Positions 20,165 to 31,301 of a stretch of DNA of 64,000 nt are shown one piece after another (within the stretch, counting starts at the first letter, position 1; every line of letters starts with the position of its first letter). Position numbers and translations under genes: made by a program. Under the pieces are notes generated by a model. The model did not search any database. It had not been told where the DNA came from and saw nothing but the letters and a program-made list of their open reading frames with translations. Origin of the DNA: Longimicrobiales bacterium (GTDB taxonomy: Bacteria; Gemmatimonadota; Gemmatimonadetes; Longimicrobiales; Gaopeijiaceae). The stretch covers positions 160,001-224,000 of the forward strand of contig CBDCNQ010000004.1 in NCBI GenBank assembly GCA_965219445.1. Direction: 5' to 3'.

Positions 20165-22081
20165 TCAGTTGTTCATGATCCAACGAATACCGTAAATGGC
20201 GCGGTACCTTGGCTGTCGACGGTCCGGGAAGTCCACGTTGTCGCTCTTGCCCCTGATGTTCTCCCAGCGGATGAAGAGATTGAGCGTCACGATTCGTACC
20301 TGAATATGTGTGTACCAATCCTCCAAGAGGGGCACCACAACGAGATCCGGGACCCTGGGATCGCCACCGGGCTCCAAAATCCCGATCGGCATCGGATCTC
20401 GCCTGGTCACACCAAGTCCGCCCCATACCTCCAGGTTTCGTGATTCCTTGAAGATGCCGTGATACGTGAGCGCCCCGTCCCAGAGACGCCTCGGAAGGTA
20501 CGCGAGATCGGCATCCCACGCTTGCACCGCCGCTTCGAGTGCAAACCCCCTCAACGGAAGGGGTATCCTGGCCGTAGCTTCGAAGCCCATGCGCTCGCCT
20601 CCTGCCACAGAGATTCCATCGGGATCGAGAGCGAGCCCGAGGGGACGGAGCGAATCGGCCTCCATCGACAGCCAAGCTCCCGAGAAATGGAAGTCTCGCC
20701 AAGAGAGCCTGCCCCCGGCCCGGATTCCTGTGCGGTTCGTGAAGCGTGGACGGGGTTTTTCGACAGGGGGAGGCGGGAGCGGTGGGCCGAGCCTGAGAGA
20801 CCGAAGGTACGCCTCGTATTCCGACACGAACGGCGCCCCCGTCTTCCCATCCTCATAGGAGGCGAACAGCGAGAATCCCCAGACGGGTGCCGTTTCAATC
20901 CTCGCTCGCCAGGACGTGGCATACTGGCCGACCCACCGCTCGACTCGCATCGATCCATCCAGTGTCGCCCCCGACGGATGGGCGCCTCCCGCCGCTACTT
21001 CATAATCCTCACCCTGCACGCCATGGCCGGAGAATCGGCGCGCCGCGCCCTGAGCCCACAGGTTTCCGAGCGTGTACTTGGTCCGGAGTCCGAGCTGTGT
21101 ACGACGGATATCGAGTGCACCGTAGACGGGCTCTTCTGGGCCCCCGGCCAACGTCGACGCACCCCAATAGCCCTCTCCGATCAGCCCCTCGGCCAGACGC
21201 CACCGTGCTCGAAGGTTCCAGTCGTTCCGTGTCAAGCCGGTGACGAGGTCGGCAACGTCCGTGCGGGGAGCCACACGCCTCATCTCCGCCACGATGCCAC
21301 CCCGATCCCCGCGGGACACTGCGTATCGAAGTGCGAAGCCGCTCAGTGAGCCGCCCTCAGCCAGGCCCGGTCCTCTTGTCTCCAAACGGTCGAAGGCCAA
21401 AGTGAGCGCCCCCCGGAGGGCGTTGGGATGGACGAAAACGCCACGGAGGAGATTGGTTCCCAGATCGCCGGTCCCCACATGCACCAGGGTGGCTGGATCC
21501 GGCCCCGTCGGCTCTCGGGTTCTGAGCTCGATGCGTAACTCTCCGGGCAGCCGCTCCACTCGGACCTCGGCCAAGCCCGCGATGCCAATTCGGGACAGGT
21601 CGGGCACGGCACCATCGAGCGGTACCCACTCGAAACCATCCGACAGAACCCGGACGCGGCCGCCCCCCACACCGAACGACATCACGGTCACCGGGGTCCC
21701 GTAGTCACCCCCTTTCAGGGCGATCACGCCGGGAATGAGGCTGACGAGCTCCGCCACAGTGACCGCCCTCGTCGACGCGAGCGCCTCGCGATCCCAGGAC
21801 CAGACCGCCAAGCCGACCGAGGGCCCCGGACCCGACGTGATCGTGGGCAGCATCGGGGGTGCCACACTACCTGAATCGGCGAGGATCGCACTCGAGTCGG
21901 GGAGGATCGCGCTGGAATCGGCCTCGGCAACTCCGGGCGCCGGGCCGGTGGAGTCGGCTCCGGCCAAAAGCGTATCCGCCGGCGGGCCCGCGATGCCCGG
22001 GATTTGCGCCACAGCCGCGGACGGGACGAGGCCCACCGAAAGCATCAGCGCGGTAAGAGCAAGCCGCGCAGCGAGATTCAC
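20165..22081 (-). CDS. Outer-membrane protein with plug-like N-domain and beta-barrel
   Basis: Signal peptide, LVSLIPGV plug-like segment, amphipathic strands; GTGA overlap with pepA. Confidence 0.65.
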   Translation of the reverse strand: MNLAARLALTALMLSVGLVPSAAVAQIPGIAGPPADTLLAGADSTGPAPGVAEADSSAILPDSSAILADSGSVAPPMLPTITSGPGPSVGLAVWSWDREALASTRAVTVAELVSLIPGVIALKGGDYGTPVTVMSFGVGGGRVRVLSDGFEWVPLDGAVPDLSRIGIAGLAEVRVERLPGELRIELRTREPTGPDPATLVHVGTGDLGTNLLRGVFVHPNALRGALTLAFDRLETRGPGLAEGGSLSGFALRYAVSRGDRGGIVAEMRRVAPRTDVADLVTGLTRNDWNLRARWRLAEGLIGEGYWGASTLAGGPEEPVYGALDIRRTQLGLRTKYTLGNLWAQGAARRFSGHGVQGEDYEVAAGGAHPSGATLDGSMRVERWVGQYATSWRARIETAPVWGFSLFASYEDGKTGAPFVSEYEAYLRSLRLGPPLPPPPVEKPRPRFTNRTGIRAGGRLSWRDFHFSGAWLSMEADSLRPLGLALDPDGISVAGGERMGFEATARIPLPLRGFALEAAVQAWDADLAYLPRRLWDGALTYHGIFKESRNLEVWGGLGVTRRDPMPIGILEPGGDPRVPDLVVVPLLEDWYTHIQVRIVTLNLFIRWENIRGKSDNVDFPDRRQPRYRAIYGIRWIMNN

Positions 22082-23574
22082 CCTGCTCGACTCCGCACCC
22101 AGTCGACCAGAAGCCTCGTGGGGAAGCCGGCGGCGCCTTTTCGCTGGTAGGACAGCTTGCCCTCGCCGTAGGCCGTTCCCGCGACGTCGAGATGCGCCCA
22201 AAGGCAATCCCCCACGAATTCCTTCAGGAAACAAGCCGCCGTAATACTCCCTCCCGCGCGGCCCCCAACGTTGACGAGGTCCGCGACCTCGCTGTCGATC
22301 TGCCGCCGATAATCGTCCCAGAGCGGGAGAGGCCAACAGCGCTCCCCCGACCGCTCTCCCGCCTCCCTCAACTCAGCGACCAGATTCTCATCCGTGCTAA
22401 AGACAGCCGCTGCATGGTGACCCAACGCGACGACGACGGAGCCTGTGAGGGTCGCACAGTCGACGATCGCGGCCGGGTTGAGGCCTCGGGCGTAGGAGAG
22501 GGCATCCGCGAGAAGCAAGCGCCCCTCGGCATCGGTGTTGACCACCTCGATCGTCTTCCCCTCACGTGACCCGATGATGTCGCCCGGCCTCATGGCTCGG
22601 CCGTTGATCAAGTTCTCAGACGAGGGGACGATCCCCACCACGTTGAGGGGAACCTTCAACTCGGCGATGCCCTGCATCGCTCCGATGACGGCGGCCCCCC
22701 CGGACATATCGAAGATCATATCCTCCATGCCGCTGGCCGGTTTGATCGAGATCCCCCCCGCATCGAACGTGAGCCCTTTCCCGACCAGGACCAGGGGCGC
22801 CTCGCCGTCGGGGCCCCCGTCATGGCGCAGCACGATCAGGCGTGGTTCCTGAGCCGATCCCTGAGCGACAGACAGCAGTGCATGCATGCGCTCCGCCTCG
22901 AGTTCTTCCGGCCCCATGATCGTGACTTCCAGGCCATGCTCACCGGCCATTCTCGAGGCTTCATCGGCCAGATGTGAAGGCGTCGCGACGTTCCCCGGTC
23001 GCGACTGCAGCGTCCGGGCAAAGTTGGCGGCCCGTCCCACCGCGCCACCCGCGTGGACCCCGGCCTCCCCCGTGTCAAGATCCTCGGGGTCGACCATGAC
23101 CTCGAAATCCGACACGTCGACGGGACCGTCGTCCTCGTCCGGGCTCTTCATTTCCGTGAAGCGCCATGCCGCCAAGACGGCGCCTTCGGTGGTGGCCTGC
23201 ACCGCACCCTCGGACACATGCGATCCGAGATATGCGGTAAGGCCCGAGACCCCGACGGCCTCCGCCGCCCTAACCGCGTGGCCCGCAAAGCGTCGTGTCG
23301 CCTCGAGGTCGAACTCCGACGGCTTCCCGGCTCCGAGAAGAAGCACACGCCGGGGGCCGCTGCCCTCTTTCAGATAGACGAAGGCGCTTTCACCCGGCTT
23401 GTGCTTCAGATCCTCCGCTGGACAAGCACCGGAAATCACCTCTGAGAGACCGGCTGGCACAAGGACCTCGGCCTTGTGCACCTCGGCCTCCTCCTCGGAC
23501 TCGTGAACGGGAAGGACCAGGAGCGGCGTGGCGTGGGCGGCCGCATCGGCCGAAGAAACGTGGCTGACGTTCAT
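22078..23574 (-). CDS. pepA: Leucyl aminopeptidase (M17)
   Basis: GKGLTFDAGG, NTDAEGRL, HLDVAG. Confidence 0.96.
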   Translation of the reverse strand: MNVSHVSSADAAAHATPLLVLPVHESEEEAEVHKAEVLVPAGLSEVISGACPAEDLKHKPGESAFVYLKEGSGPRRVLLLGAGKPSEFDLEATRRFAGHAVRAAEAVGVSGLTAYLGSHVSEGAVQATTEGAVLAAWRFTEMKSPDEDDGPVDVSDFEVMVDPEDLDTGEAGVHAGGAVGRAANFARTLQSRPGNVATPSHLADEASRMAGEHGLEVTIMGPEELEAERMHALLSVAQGSAQEPRLIVLRHDGGPDGEAPLVLVGKGLTFDAGGISIKPASGMEDMIFDMSGGAAVIGAMQGIAELKVPLNVVGIVPSSENLINGRAMRPGDIIGSREGKTIEVVNTDAEGRLLLADALSYARGLNPAAIVDCATLTGSVVVALGHHAAAVFSTDENLVAELREAGERSGERCWPLPLWDDYRRQIDSEVADLVNVGGRAGGSITAACFLKEFVGDCLWAHLDVAGTAYGEGKLSYQRKGAAGFPTRLLVDWVRSRAG

Positions 23575-23588
23575 GGATTCGCTTCCAG

Positions 23589-24824
23589 CTACATGTGCTC
23601 GATGACGGCCTGGCCGAACTCTGACGTCTTCAGAATCCGCCCACCGTCCATCTGACGTTCCAGATCGTAAGTCACCGTCTTGGCACCCACCGCCCCCTCC
23701 ATGCCGCGCAGCACGGCCTCAGCGGCTTCGTCCCAGCCCATGTGTTCCAGCATCATGACCGCCGAAAGGATTAACGACCCCGGGTTCACCTTGTCCTGGC
23801 CCGTATACTTGGGCGCCGTACCGTGCGTCGCCTCGAACAACGCGACATCGTCCCCCACGTTGGCGCCAGGCGCCATCCCCAATCCACCCACCTGGGCCGC
23901 GCAGGCATCCGACAGGTAGTCGCCATTCAGATTCGGCGTGATGAGTATGTCGTACTCGTCAGGACGCATCAGAACTTGCTGGAACATGGCGTCGGCGATG
24001 CGGTCGTTGATCAAGAGCTTGCCCGTCGGATCCGCGCCGTCCCACACGGCCGATTCGGCGATCGTGCTGTCAGCAAACTCCTCTGCAGCCGCCTCGTACC
24101 CCCAGTCCCGGAACGCGCCCTCGGTGAACTTCATGATGTTGCCCTTGTGGACGAGCGTGGCCGAGCGCCGCTTTCGCTCCAGTCCATAACGAATCGCCGC
24201 TGCCACATGGCGCTTCGTGCCGAAGGCGCTCATCGGCTTGATCCCGATTCCGCTCTTTTCGCGGATGTTCGTACCCAGTTCCTCCACCAAGAAGGCGCGT
24301 ACCTTGTCCGCCTCGGGGGTGCCCGAAGCCCACTCGATCCCTGCGTATAAACCCTCCGTGTTCTCACGAAAGATGATGACGTCGAGCCTCTCAGGCTCCC
24401 TCATGGGAGACGGGACGCCCTCGATCCAGCGCACCGGACGGATGCAGGAATAGAGATCGAGAACCTGCCTCAACGTCACGTTCAGAGAGCGAATCCCCCC
24501 ACCGACCGGCGTGGTGAGCGGACCCTTGATGCCCACTTTGAAGTCCCGAAGTGCGTCGAAGGTCTCTTCGGGAATCCACTCTCCGGTTTTTGTATTGGAT
24601 TTTTCGCCGGCATAAATCTCCATCCAGATGATCTGCCGCGCCCCTTGGTAGGCATGCTCGATAGACGTGTCGACAACGGCCTGTGTGGCCCGCCAGATGT
24701 CGGGGCCGATGCCATCACCTTCGATGAAGGGGATGATCGGTCGGTCCGGCACCACCAACTCATCGCCCCCGTAGGTGATTTTGTCCCCATCCGCCGGTAT
24801 CACCGCGTGCGTGTAGTTGGCCAA
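23589..24824 (-). CDS. icd: NADP-dependent isocitrate dehydrogenase
   Basis: [41 protein letters not shown]; start placed at TTG 24824. Confidence 0.96.
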   Translation of the reverse strand: MANYTHAVIPADGDKITYGGDELVVPDRPIIPFIEGDGIGPDIWRATQAVVDTSIEHAYQGARQIIWMEIYAGEKSNTKTGEWIPEETFDALRDFKVGIKGPLTTPVGGGIRSLNVTLRQVLDLYSCIRPVRWIEGVPSPMREPERLDVIIFRENTEGLYAGIEWASGTPEADKVRAFLVEELGTNIREKSGIGIKPMSAFGTKRHVAAAIRYGLERKRRSATLVHKGNIMKFTEGAFRDWGYEAAAEEFADSTIAESAVWDGADPTGKLLINDRIADAMFQQVLMRPDEYDILITPNLNGDYLSDACAAQVGGLGMAPGANVGDDVALFEATHGTAPKYTGQDKVNPGSLILSAVMMLEHMGWDEAAEAVLRGMEGAVGAKTVTYDLERQMDGGRILKTSEFGQAVIEHM

Positions 24825-25046
24825 AGAGCACCCCAGGGTGTTGTCGTAGATGTTCGGATTGTCTAGGCCCCGCAGCGATGGGACAGGGCTGGTAAGCCAC
24901 AAAAGATACCCCCGGGGGAAGGGGTCGCCAATGGCCGGTAGAGATCCCGAGAAGCCCTTCACTTGCATGGATCGTCTGTCCAGCCGATCTTCCTGGTCAC
25001 TAGATGAGATCGGTTCTCAACTAGCCCCATCTGATCAGGAGGGTTT

Positions 25047-26102
25047 GTGATGAAGCGCTTGACCGGGGGTCGCCCTTTGATGGCCATGGGCGTCGTTTTC
25101 TTGGCGGCTTGTTCAGGGGATAGTGGCGGCGATGGCACCTCCGGGGACGCCGGCGTCGTGAATGTCTATAGTCACCGGCACTACGACACGGATCAAGAGC
25201 TCTTTCGACGCTTCACCGAGTCGACGGGTATTCGGGTGAACGTCCAGACGGCATCGGCCGACGAGTTGATCACCCGCCTCGAGACCGAGGGCGCCGACAC
25301 GGAAGCGGACATCCTGGTCACGGTGGATGCGGGCCGGCTCCAGCGAGCTAAAGTACGCGGGCTCCTTCGTGCGGTGTCCTCCGAGACGCTCCACAAGAAC
25401 GTCCCCGACCATCTGCGGGATCCGGAAGGTTATTGGTACGGCCTGACCCAGCGTGGTCGGGTGATCGTCTACTCCAAGGATCGCGTTTCGCCCAAGGATC
25501 TTTCGACCTACGAAGACCTCGCCGACCCCAAGTGGCGGGGCAAGATCCTCGTACGCAGCTCCGAGAACATCTACAACCAGTCCCTCCTCGCCTCGATCAT
25601 CGCCATCCACGGCGACGACCGAGCCGAACGTTGGGCGGAGGGCGTCGTCGAGAACATGGCCCGCGCGCCGCAGGGTGCAGATCGCGATCAAGTCCGCGAT
25701 GTCGCGGCCGGCGTGGGTGACCTCGCCATCGTGAACACCTATTACCTCGGCCTCCTGTTCAACGGCGAAGACCAACGCGACCGTGCCCTCGCCGACAAAG
25801 TGGGCGTCTTCTTTCCCAACCAAGGCGATCGCGGCGCGCACATGAACGTGAGTGGCGCGGGCGTGACCGCTCATGCACCCAACCCGGACAACGCGTTGCG
25901 GCTCTTGGAGTTCCTGACGGATACCGAAGCCCAGACCGGGTACGCGGAAGCCAACTACGAGTATCCGGTGAAGCCGGGCATCCAGTGGGCGCAGACCCTC
26001 ACCAAATGGGGAGAATTTCGTCCTGATACTCTGAACCTTTCCGTTCTGGGCGAGCTCAACGCACGCGCCGTCATGGTCTTCGACCGGGCCGGCTGGCGAT
26101 AA
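25047..26102 (+). CDS. Fe3+ ABC transporter substrate-binding lipoprotein (FutA/FbpA-like)
   Basis: Lipobox LAAC, YS.RHY, YNQSL, NTYY motifs. Confidence 0.9.
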   Translation: MMKRLTGGRPLMAMGVVFLAACSGDSGGDGTSGDAGVVNVYSHRHYDTDQELFRRFTESTGIRVNVQTASADELITRLETEGADTEADILVTVDAGRLQRAKVRGLLRAVSSETLHKNVPDHLRDPEGYWYGLTQRGRVIVYSKDRVSPKDLSTYEDLADPKWRGKILVRSSENIYNQSLLASIIAIHGDDRAERWAEGVVENMARAPQGADRDQVRDVAAGVGDLAIVNTYYLGLLFNGEDQRDRALADKVGVFFPNQGDRGAHMNVSGAGVTAHAPNPDNALRLLEFLTDTEAQTGYAEANYEYPVKPGIQWAQTLTKWGEFRPDTLNLSVLGELNARAVMVFDRAGWR

Positions 26103-26146
26103 GAGGGGCCATCGCGGTACCTGCAGACAATCCGGTGCGCTGAGTC

Positions 26147-27862
26147 ATGGCGACGCCCATAGACGCGAAGGCCCGGAGCGTTTCCGACGCGCTCCGGGCT
26201 TTTCGTTATCGGTGGCGGGGGGGGTTCCGAGAGGGCTTCACACGGTGGAGTGCCTCCGCCCTGGTGGTGGTGGCCCTGACGGTTCTGCCGCTCGTCGTGA
26301 TCCTGTTCGGCGTGTTCGGACGCCGGAGCGAAATGTGGGGGCACCTGGTCGATACGGTCCTGCCCGTGTACGTGGGGAACTCCGCCATCCTCATGCTCGG
26401 CGTGGGTGTCTTGTCCCTCGTGATCGGGCTCGCGCCGGCCTGGCTCGTGTCGGCGTACGACTTTCCGGGTCGGCGGACATTCGAGTGGGCCTTGGTCCTA
26501 CCCTTGGCGATCCCCACGTACATCATCGCCTACACGTACGCCGGAGTCTTCGAGTACGACAACCTGATCCCGAGTGCACTGAGCGCCGTATGGCCTGGTA
26601 TGGAAGTGTGGCGTATCCGCTCCGCTGTCATGTCCCGGGAGGGAGCCATGGTCATGATGGCGCTCGTGCTCTACCCGTACGTGTACGTCATCGCCCGAGC
26701 GTCCTTCCTCCGACAATCCGGTACCGTACTGGAGATGGCGCGTACCCTGGGGCGCGGCCCCTGGGACACGTTTTTTCGAGTCGCCCTCCCGATGTCGAGG
26801 CCGGCCGTGGCCGGCGGCCTGACGCTGGTTCTGATGGAGGTGCTCAACGACTACGGAGCCGTAAAGTATTTCGGCATACCGACATTCACGACGGGCATCT
26901 TCCGAGCGTGGTTCCCACTGAACGACCCGATCGCGGCCATGCGCCTGTCCGGCATCCTACTCCTGTTCGTCTTCACGCTTATCATCTTCGAGCGCATTCA
27001 ACGCGGGCGCGCCCGCTTCGATGACGGCGCACGTGGGTATCGGCCCGCCATAAGACGAGGGCTGAGTCGGCGTGCCCGTTGCCTCGCGACGAGCGTGTGC
27101 CTCCTGCCGCTGACGTTGGGGTTTCTTGTGCCGGTCTCCCAGTTGGCGGCGTGGGCCGGACGCGCCGGAGCGGGAGCCCTCGACGCGCGATTCTTGCGAC
27201 TCATCCTGAACAGTTTCTCTCTGGCGCTTACCGCCGCGCTCATCGCGGTGCTAGGGGCGCTCCTGATCGGATATGCCGCACGGCTGAGTCCAACCCCGTT
27301 GCTCCGACTGGCGTCGAAGGTCGCCGTTCTCGGCTATTCGATTCCGGGCGCGGTGGTCGCCGTGGGCGTCTTCCTGCCCTTCGTGTGGATGGACCGACGG
27401 CTGAACGCGTTCATGACGGCGGCCTTCGATGCTCCCACGGGACTCCTGTTGAGTGGAACATTGCTGGCACTGATTTTCGCCTACGTCGTGCGCTTTCTCG
27501 CGGTGGCCCTGAACCCCATCGAGTCTGGCTTCAAGCGTCTTTGTGGCAACCTCGACGACACGTCGAGATCGTTGGGTGTCCCCCCGCTGAAAACGCTTTG
27601 GAAGGTGGATCTACCCCTGCTCCGCGGCACCCTGATCAGTGCGGCGCTCCTCGTCTTCGTCGACGTTCTCAAGGAGCTTCCCCTTACACTGATTCTCCGC
27701 CCCTTCAACTTCGACACGCTGGCGACCCGCGCGTTTCAACTCGCGACGGACGAGCAGTTGGCCCGGTCTGCTGTACCGGCGCTCCTCATCATCGCCGTCG
27801 GACTCGTGCCCGTGATCGTGCTGAACAAGCTGATTGGGGGCGGGGGTAGGGAGTCGTCGTAA
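26147..27862 (+). CDS. Fe3+ ABC transporter permease (FutB/FbpB-like)
   Basis: Two permease halves, LKELP.TL.LRPFNF.TLA motif. Confidence 0.9.
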   Translation: MATPIDAKARSVSDALRAFRYRWRGGFREGFTRWSASALVVVALTVLPLVVILFGVFGRRSEMWGHLVDTVLPVYVGNSAILMLGVGVLSLVIGLAPAWLVSAYDFPGRRTFEWALVLPLAIPTYIIAYTYAGVFEYDNLIPSALSAVWPGMEVWRIRSAVMSREGAMVMMALVLYPYVYVIARASFLRQSGTVLEMARTLGRGPWDTFFRVALPMSRPAVAGGLTLVLMEVLNDYGAVKYFGIPTFTTGIFRAWFPLNDPIAAMRLSGILLLFVFTLIIFERIQRGRARFDDGARGYRPAIRRGLSRRARCLATSVCLLPLTLGFLVPVSQLAAWAGRAGAGALDARFLRLILNSFSLALTAALIAVLGALLIGYAARLSPTPLLRLASKVAVLGYSIPGAVVAVGVFLPFVWMDRRLNAFMTAAFDAPTGLLLSGTLLALIFAYVVRFLAVALNPIESGFKRLCGNLDDTSRSLGVPPLKTLWKVDLPLLRGTLISAALLVFVDVLKELPLTLILRPFNFDTLATRAFQLATDEQLARSAVPALLIIAVGLVPVIVLNKLIGGGGRESS

Positions 27863-28032
27863 GGAGAAGTAGGGTGAGGAAGATCGTTTCGGCGATATAC
27901 GTATGTTTTGATATGGGTGATCGAAGTCGCAGAAGTTGGCGTGGGAGTGGGCGCGGTTGGAGTATCTTCTCCCCCACAACTCCCCAAAAGCAGTGAAAAC
28001 AACAGGGCACTCAACGCAACGGTACTCTTCAT
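27863..28032 (-). pseudogene. 5' remnant of a lipoprotein gene
   Basis: Lipobox LLGSC followed by PTAPTPTPT linker, then frame runs into permease 3' end. Confidence 0.4.
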
Positions 28033-28211
28033 ACGACCATCGTCCCCCAGAAGTGTTTTCACAACGTACTCGCCTCACCGGACGCGCAAAACACTGCCGC
28101 GCCGCATCGAGGCTGACGGCTTTTCCCCTTGACATGCGCCCGGGAATCCGACTAGGTCACGGCACGCCGATTCCTGGGAGGAACCATAAAGGGTCGGCGA
28201 TTCGAGGAGGC

Positions 28212-29183
28212 ATGAAGATGTCCAGGGTGTTTTTCGTCAATGGTCAAAGCGAGCGGGTGGCGGAGATCTTCTCGGAGGAGGCGCCTCGCGAGGGGTTTGA
28301 GCTGACCTGGCTACCCCGTCGTGTCAGCGACGAGGAGAAACTCCCCTTGATGCGGGAGGCGGACTTCCTGGTCCTCCACCCGGCCCAGATCTCTGAGGAC
28401 CTCCTGCGAGCGGCCAAGACGCTGCGCCTGATCCAACTCTTGACCGCCGGCTATGACAAGATAGACCTGGGCCTTACCGCCGAGTTGGGTATCCCGGTGG
28501 CTACCAACGGCGGGGCCAACGCCTGGTCGGTGGCCGAGCACACTGTTGCCCTCCTCTTGGCTCTTTACAAGCGTCTCATCCAGTGTGACCGGGCGATGCG
28601 GGAGGGACGGTGGCGGGAGCCGATTTCGGGGTTCAACACTTTTGAGGTGGCGGGCAAAACCCTGGGCCTGGTTGGGGCGGGGAACATCGGCCGGAAAGTA
28701 GCCCGGCGCTTGGCGGCGTTCGAGGCCCGGGTCATATACTACGACGTCGTGTCCGCCCCCGAGATAGAGAAAGATCTAGGGGCCCGCCGAGTCTCTCTGG
28801 AGGAGTTACTGCGGGAGGCAGACATCATCAGCCTGCATGTCCCCGCCACCCCGGAGACCGAGGGGATCATCGGGCGGGAAGCACTGGGCATGATGAAGCC
28901 CACCACCGTCCTACTCAACACCAGCCGCGGGCCCGCGGTGGACGAGGAGGCCCTGGTCGAGGCCTTGAGGGAGAATCGCATCGCTGGAGCGGGGCTGGAT
29001 GTCTTTTGCACGGAACCCTTCCCCGCCGATCATCCTTTCGTGCAGCAGGACAATGTCGTCCTTTCACCCCATGTCGCGGGGCATGGATACGAGGGCTGGT
29101 TCCGCCGGTCCCGTTTTGCGTGGGAGAACATCCGGTGTGTGGCGACGGGTGAACCCCCACTTTCTGTGGTGCTTCCTAAGTGA
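28212..29183 (+). CDS. D-2-hydroxyacid dehydrogenase
   Basis: GLVGAGNIG, NTSRG, GLDVF..EP, SPHVAG; RBS GAGGAGG. Confidence 0.92.
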   Translation: MKMSRVFFVNGQSERVAEIFSEEAPREGFELTWLPRRVSDEEKLPLMREADFLVLHPAQISEDLLRAAKTLRLIQLLTAGYDKIDLGLTAELGIPVATNGGANAWSVAEHTVALLLALYKRLIQCDRAMREGRWREPISGFNTFEVAGKTLGLVGAGNIGRKVARRLAAFEARVIYYDVVSAPEIEKDLGARRVSLEELLREADIISLHVPATPETEGIIGREALGMMKPTTVLLNTSRGPAVDEEALVEALRENRIAGAGLDVFCTEPFPADHPFVQQDNVVLSPHVAGHGYEGWFRRSRFAWENIRCVATGEPPLSVVLPK

Positions 29184-29213
29184 GTGCTTCCTAAGTCAAG
29201 GGAGGGTTAGACC

Positions 29214-29654
29214 ATGAAGGTAAGAGTCAACCAGAAGACGGATTTCCATTTTATCGGCAAAGGTGAAGACCTTGACCTAGAGTTGCCGATTGACGCCGCC
29301 GCGCATGTGGGTGGGAAAGGCAGGGGATTCAGGCCACCAGCCCTTCTTATGTACTCTATCGCGGCGTGCATGGGAATCCATGCCTATGAGGCGCTCCACC
29401 AGGCCGGCAAACACGTGGAAGATGTTGAGGTGGAAACGGACGGGGAGCGCCGGCCAGATTATCCAAAGGTCTATACGAAGATCATGCTGAAGTTTCGCAT
29501 GAAAGGGCCAGACCTCACCGACAAGGATGTCCGGGACGCCATTCACGAAGCGCTGACCCGCACCTGCAGCATTGCCGTTATGGCGAGTCGGGTGGCCCCC
29601 ATAACCTGTGAGTACGAAGTCGGTTCCTTGAAAGGGACCGTCACGTCAGCGTAG
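29214..29654 (+). CDS. OsmC family protein
   Basis: G.RP..LL..IAAC and second Cys (TCSI). Confidence 0.85.
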   Translation: MKVRVNQKTDFHFIGKGEDLDLELPIDAAAHVGGKGRGFRPPALLMYSIAACMGIHAYEALHQAGKHVEDVEVETDGERRPDYPKVYTKIMLKFRMKGPDLTDKDVRDAIHEALTRTCSIAVMASRVAPITCEYEVGSLKGTVTSA

Positions 29655-29668
29655 GGAGGAGGCGACCC

Positions 29669-31093
29669 ATGGATCTGAATGAATCCTTCGAGAGACTGGA
29701 TCAAGATCTTCGAACACTGCTCAGCGCACCGGTCGGCTCGAAAAGGGTCAAGATTACCGATCTGACCCCGAGGGATGGGCAGCAATGCAAACTCGCCACC
29801 AGGGTTTCCACGGATGACCTTCTCCCCCTCTGCGCGGCCCTGGACAAGTGTGGCTTCTATGCGGTGGAGGTATGGGGAGGGGCCAGCTTCGACGCCTCCT
29901 TGAGATACCTGAAGGAAGATCCTTGGGAGAGACTCAAACGAATCAAGGAGGTCATGCCCAACACCAAACTTCAGATGCTCTTGAGGGGCCAGCACATCCT
30001 CGCCTATAAACCCTATCCGGACCGAATCGTCCGCAAGTTCGTCGAGAAGGCGGTGAAGAACGGCATTACCGTCTTCCGGGTGTTCGAGGCCACCAACGAC
30101 TTCCGGAACGTCGAGGTGGCCGCCAAGGCGGTCAAGGAGTTCGGGGGAGAGGCCCACGTGGAGGTGAACTACACCATCAGCCCGGTGCACACCCATGAAA
30201 AGTGGATGGAGTATGCGGAGCAAGTGTTGGAGATCGGGGCAGACTGGCTATCGCTGAAGGACGCAACGGGTATCATCATGCCCTTCGACGCCTACAGGAT
30301 CATCAAGGGCATGAAGGACCGTGCCAAGGAACTGCCGGTCCTCCTCCACACTCACGATATGACCGGGGCCTCCAGCATGTGCCACGTGATGGCCCTACTC
30401 GCCGGGGTGGATATGATCGATACCGTGCTGAGCCCGCTGGCTTTCGGCTCTTCACACCCCGCGACCGAAACGATGATCGCTGCACTCAAGGACACACCCT
30501 TCGACACGGGCATAGACCTGAAGCTACTCGAGGAGCCTACCAGGATCACACGGGACATCGGGGAGAAGTATTCGGAACACGCAACGAAGTACGCTGGTGT
30601 CAACGCCGAGGTGCTCAAGCACAAGATGCCCGGCGGGATGATCTCCAACATGGTCGCGCAGTTGAAAGAGGCTGGCCGGATGGATCTGATGGAGGCGGCC
30701 CTGAAAGAAAGTCCGAATGTGGAGAAGGACCTGGGCTATCCGCCGCTCCTGACTCCCACGAGCCAGATCGTCGGCTCCCAAGCGGTATTCAACGTGCTGA
30801 TGGGAGAGCGATACAAAATCATCACGCAAGAGGTCATGGATTATGTCGCGGGTAAATACGGCCGGCCACCGGGCCCGGTGAGCGAGGAGCTCGTGACTAA
30901 GATAATGGGCGACAAGTCTCCTGATTACTCGGCAAGAGCAGGGGACCTCGCCGATCCGGAGGACTGGGACAGAGCGGTGAAAGAACTCGGCCCTCTGGCA
31001 AAGAGCGACGAGGATATCCTCATGGGGATACTCTACCCCATGCAGGCCAAGGACTTTCTGACCCTCAGGGAAAAGAGCGACCTCCGCTCATAA
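29669..31093 (+). CDS. Pyruvate/oxaloacetate carboxyltransferase (OadA/PycB-type, no fused biotin domain)
   Basis: RDGQQ, E.WGGA.FD, QMLLRG, HTH, PGGM.SN, TPTSQIVG. Confidence 0.9.
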   Translation: MDLNESFERLDQDLRTLLSAPVGSKRVKITDLTPRDGQQCKLATRVSTDDLLPLCAALDKCGFYAVEVWGGASFDASLRYLKEDPWERLKRIKEVMPNTKLQMLLRGQHILAYKPYPDRIVRKFVEKAVKNGITVFRVFEATNDFRNVEVAAKAVKEFGGEAHVEVNYTISPVHTHEKWMEYAEQVLEIGADWLSLKDATGIIMPFDAYRIIKGMKDRAKELPVLLHTHDMTGASSMCHVMALLAGVDMIDTVLSPLAFGSSHPATETMIAALKDTPFDTGIDLKLLEEPTRITRDIGEKYSEHATKYAGVNAEVLKHKMPGGMISNMVAQLKEAGRMDLMEAALKESPNVEKDLGYPPLLTPTSQIVGSQAVFNVLMGERYKIITQEVMDYVAGKYGRPPGPVSEELVTKIMGDKSPDYSARAGDLADPEDWDRAVKELGPLAKSDEDILMGILYPMQAKDFLTLREKSDLRS

Positions 31094-31119
31094 CCTGATC
31101 GAGTTATTGAGTTAGAGAT

Positions 31120-31284
31120 ATGGGAATAGACTGGGGGCTCGCTGCGCAGATTAGTGGCTTTGGCTTTGTTCTAGTCTTTGCCGTCCTAATCATGCTGGCT
31201 CTAGCTATCTGGCTCGTCGGGGTGATAGTTGGCAGAGTCGCTGCCAGCAAGGCTGAAGGCGGGCAAGAAAGAGAACGAACTTAG
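31120..31284 (+). CDS. oadG: Na+-translocating decarboxylase gamma/delta subunit (missing from ORF track, 54 aa)
   Basis: Manual translation MGIDWGLAAQISGFGFVLVFAVLIMLALAIWLVG...; G..VF.VL TM motif directly before beta subunit. Confidence 0.8.
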   Translation: MGIDWGLAAQISGFGFVLVFAVLIMLALAIWLVGVIVGRVAASKAEGGQERERT

Positions 31285-31301
31285 GAATTGACTGGAACAA
31301 G

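Noticed and set aside
25047..27862. Iron ABC transporter lacking an ATPase gene
   Set aside because: The ATPase of Fut/Fbp systems is often encoded elsewhere; not unusual
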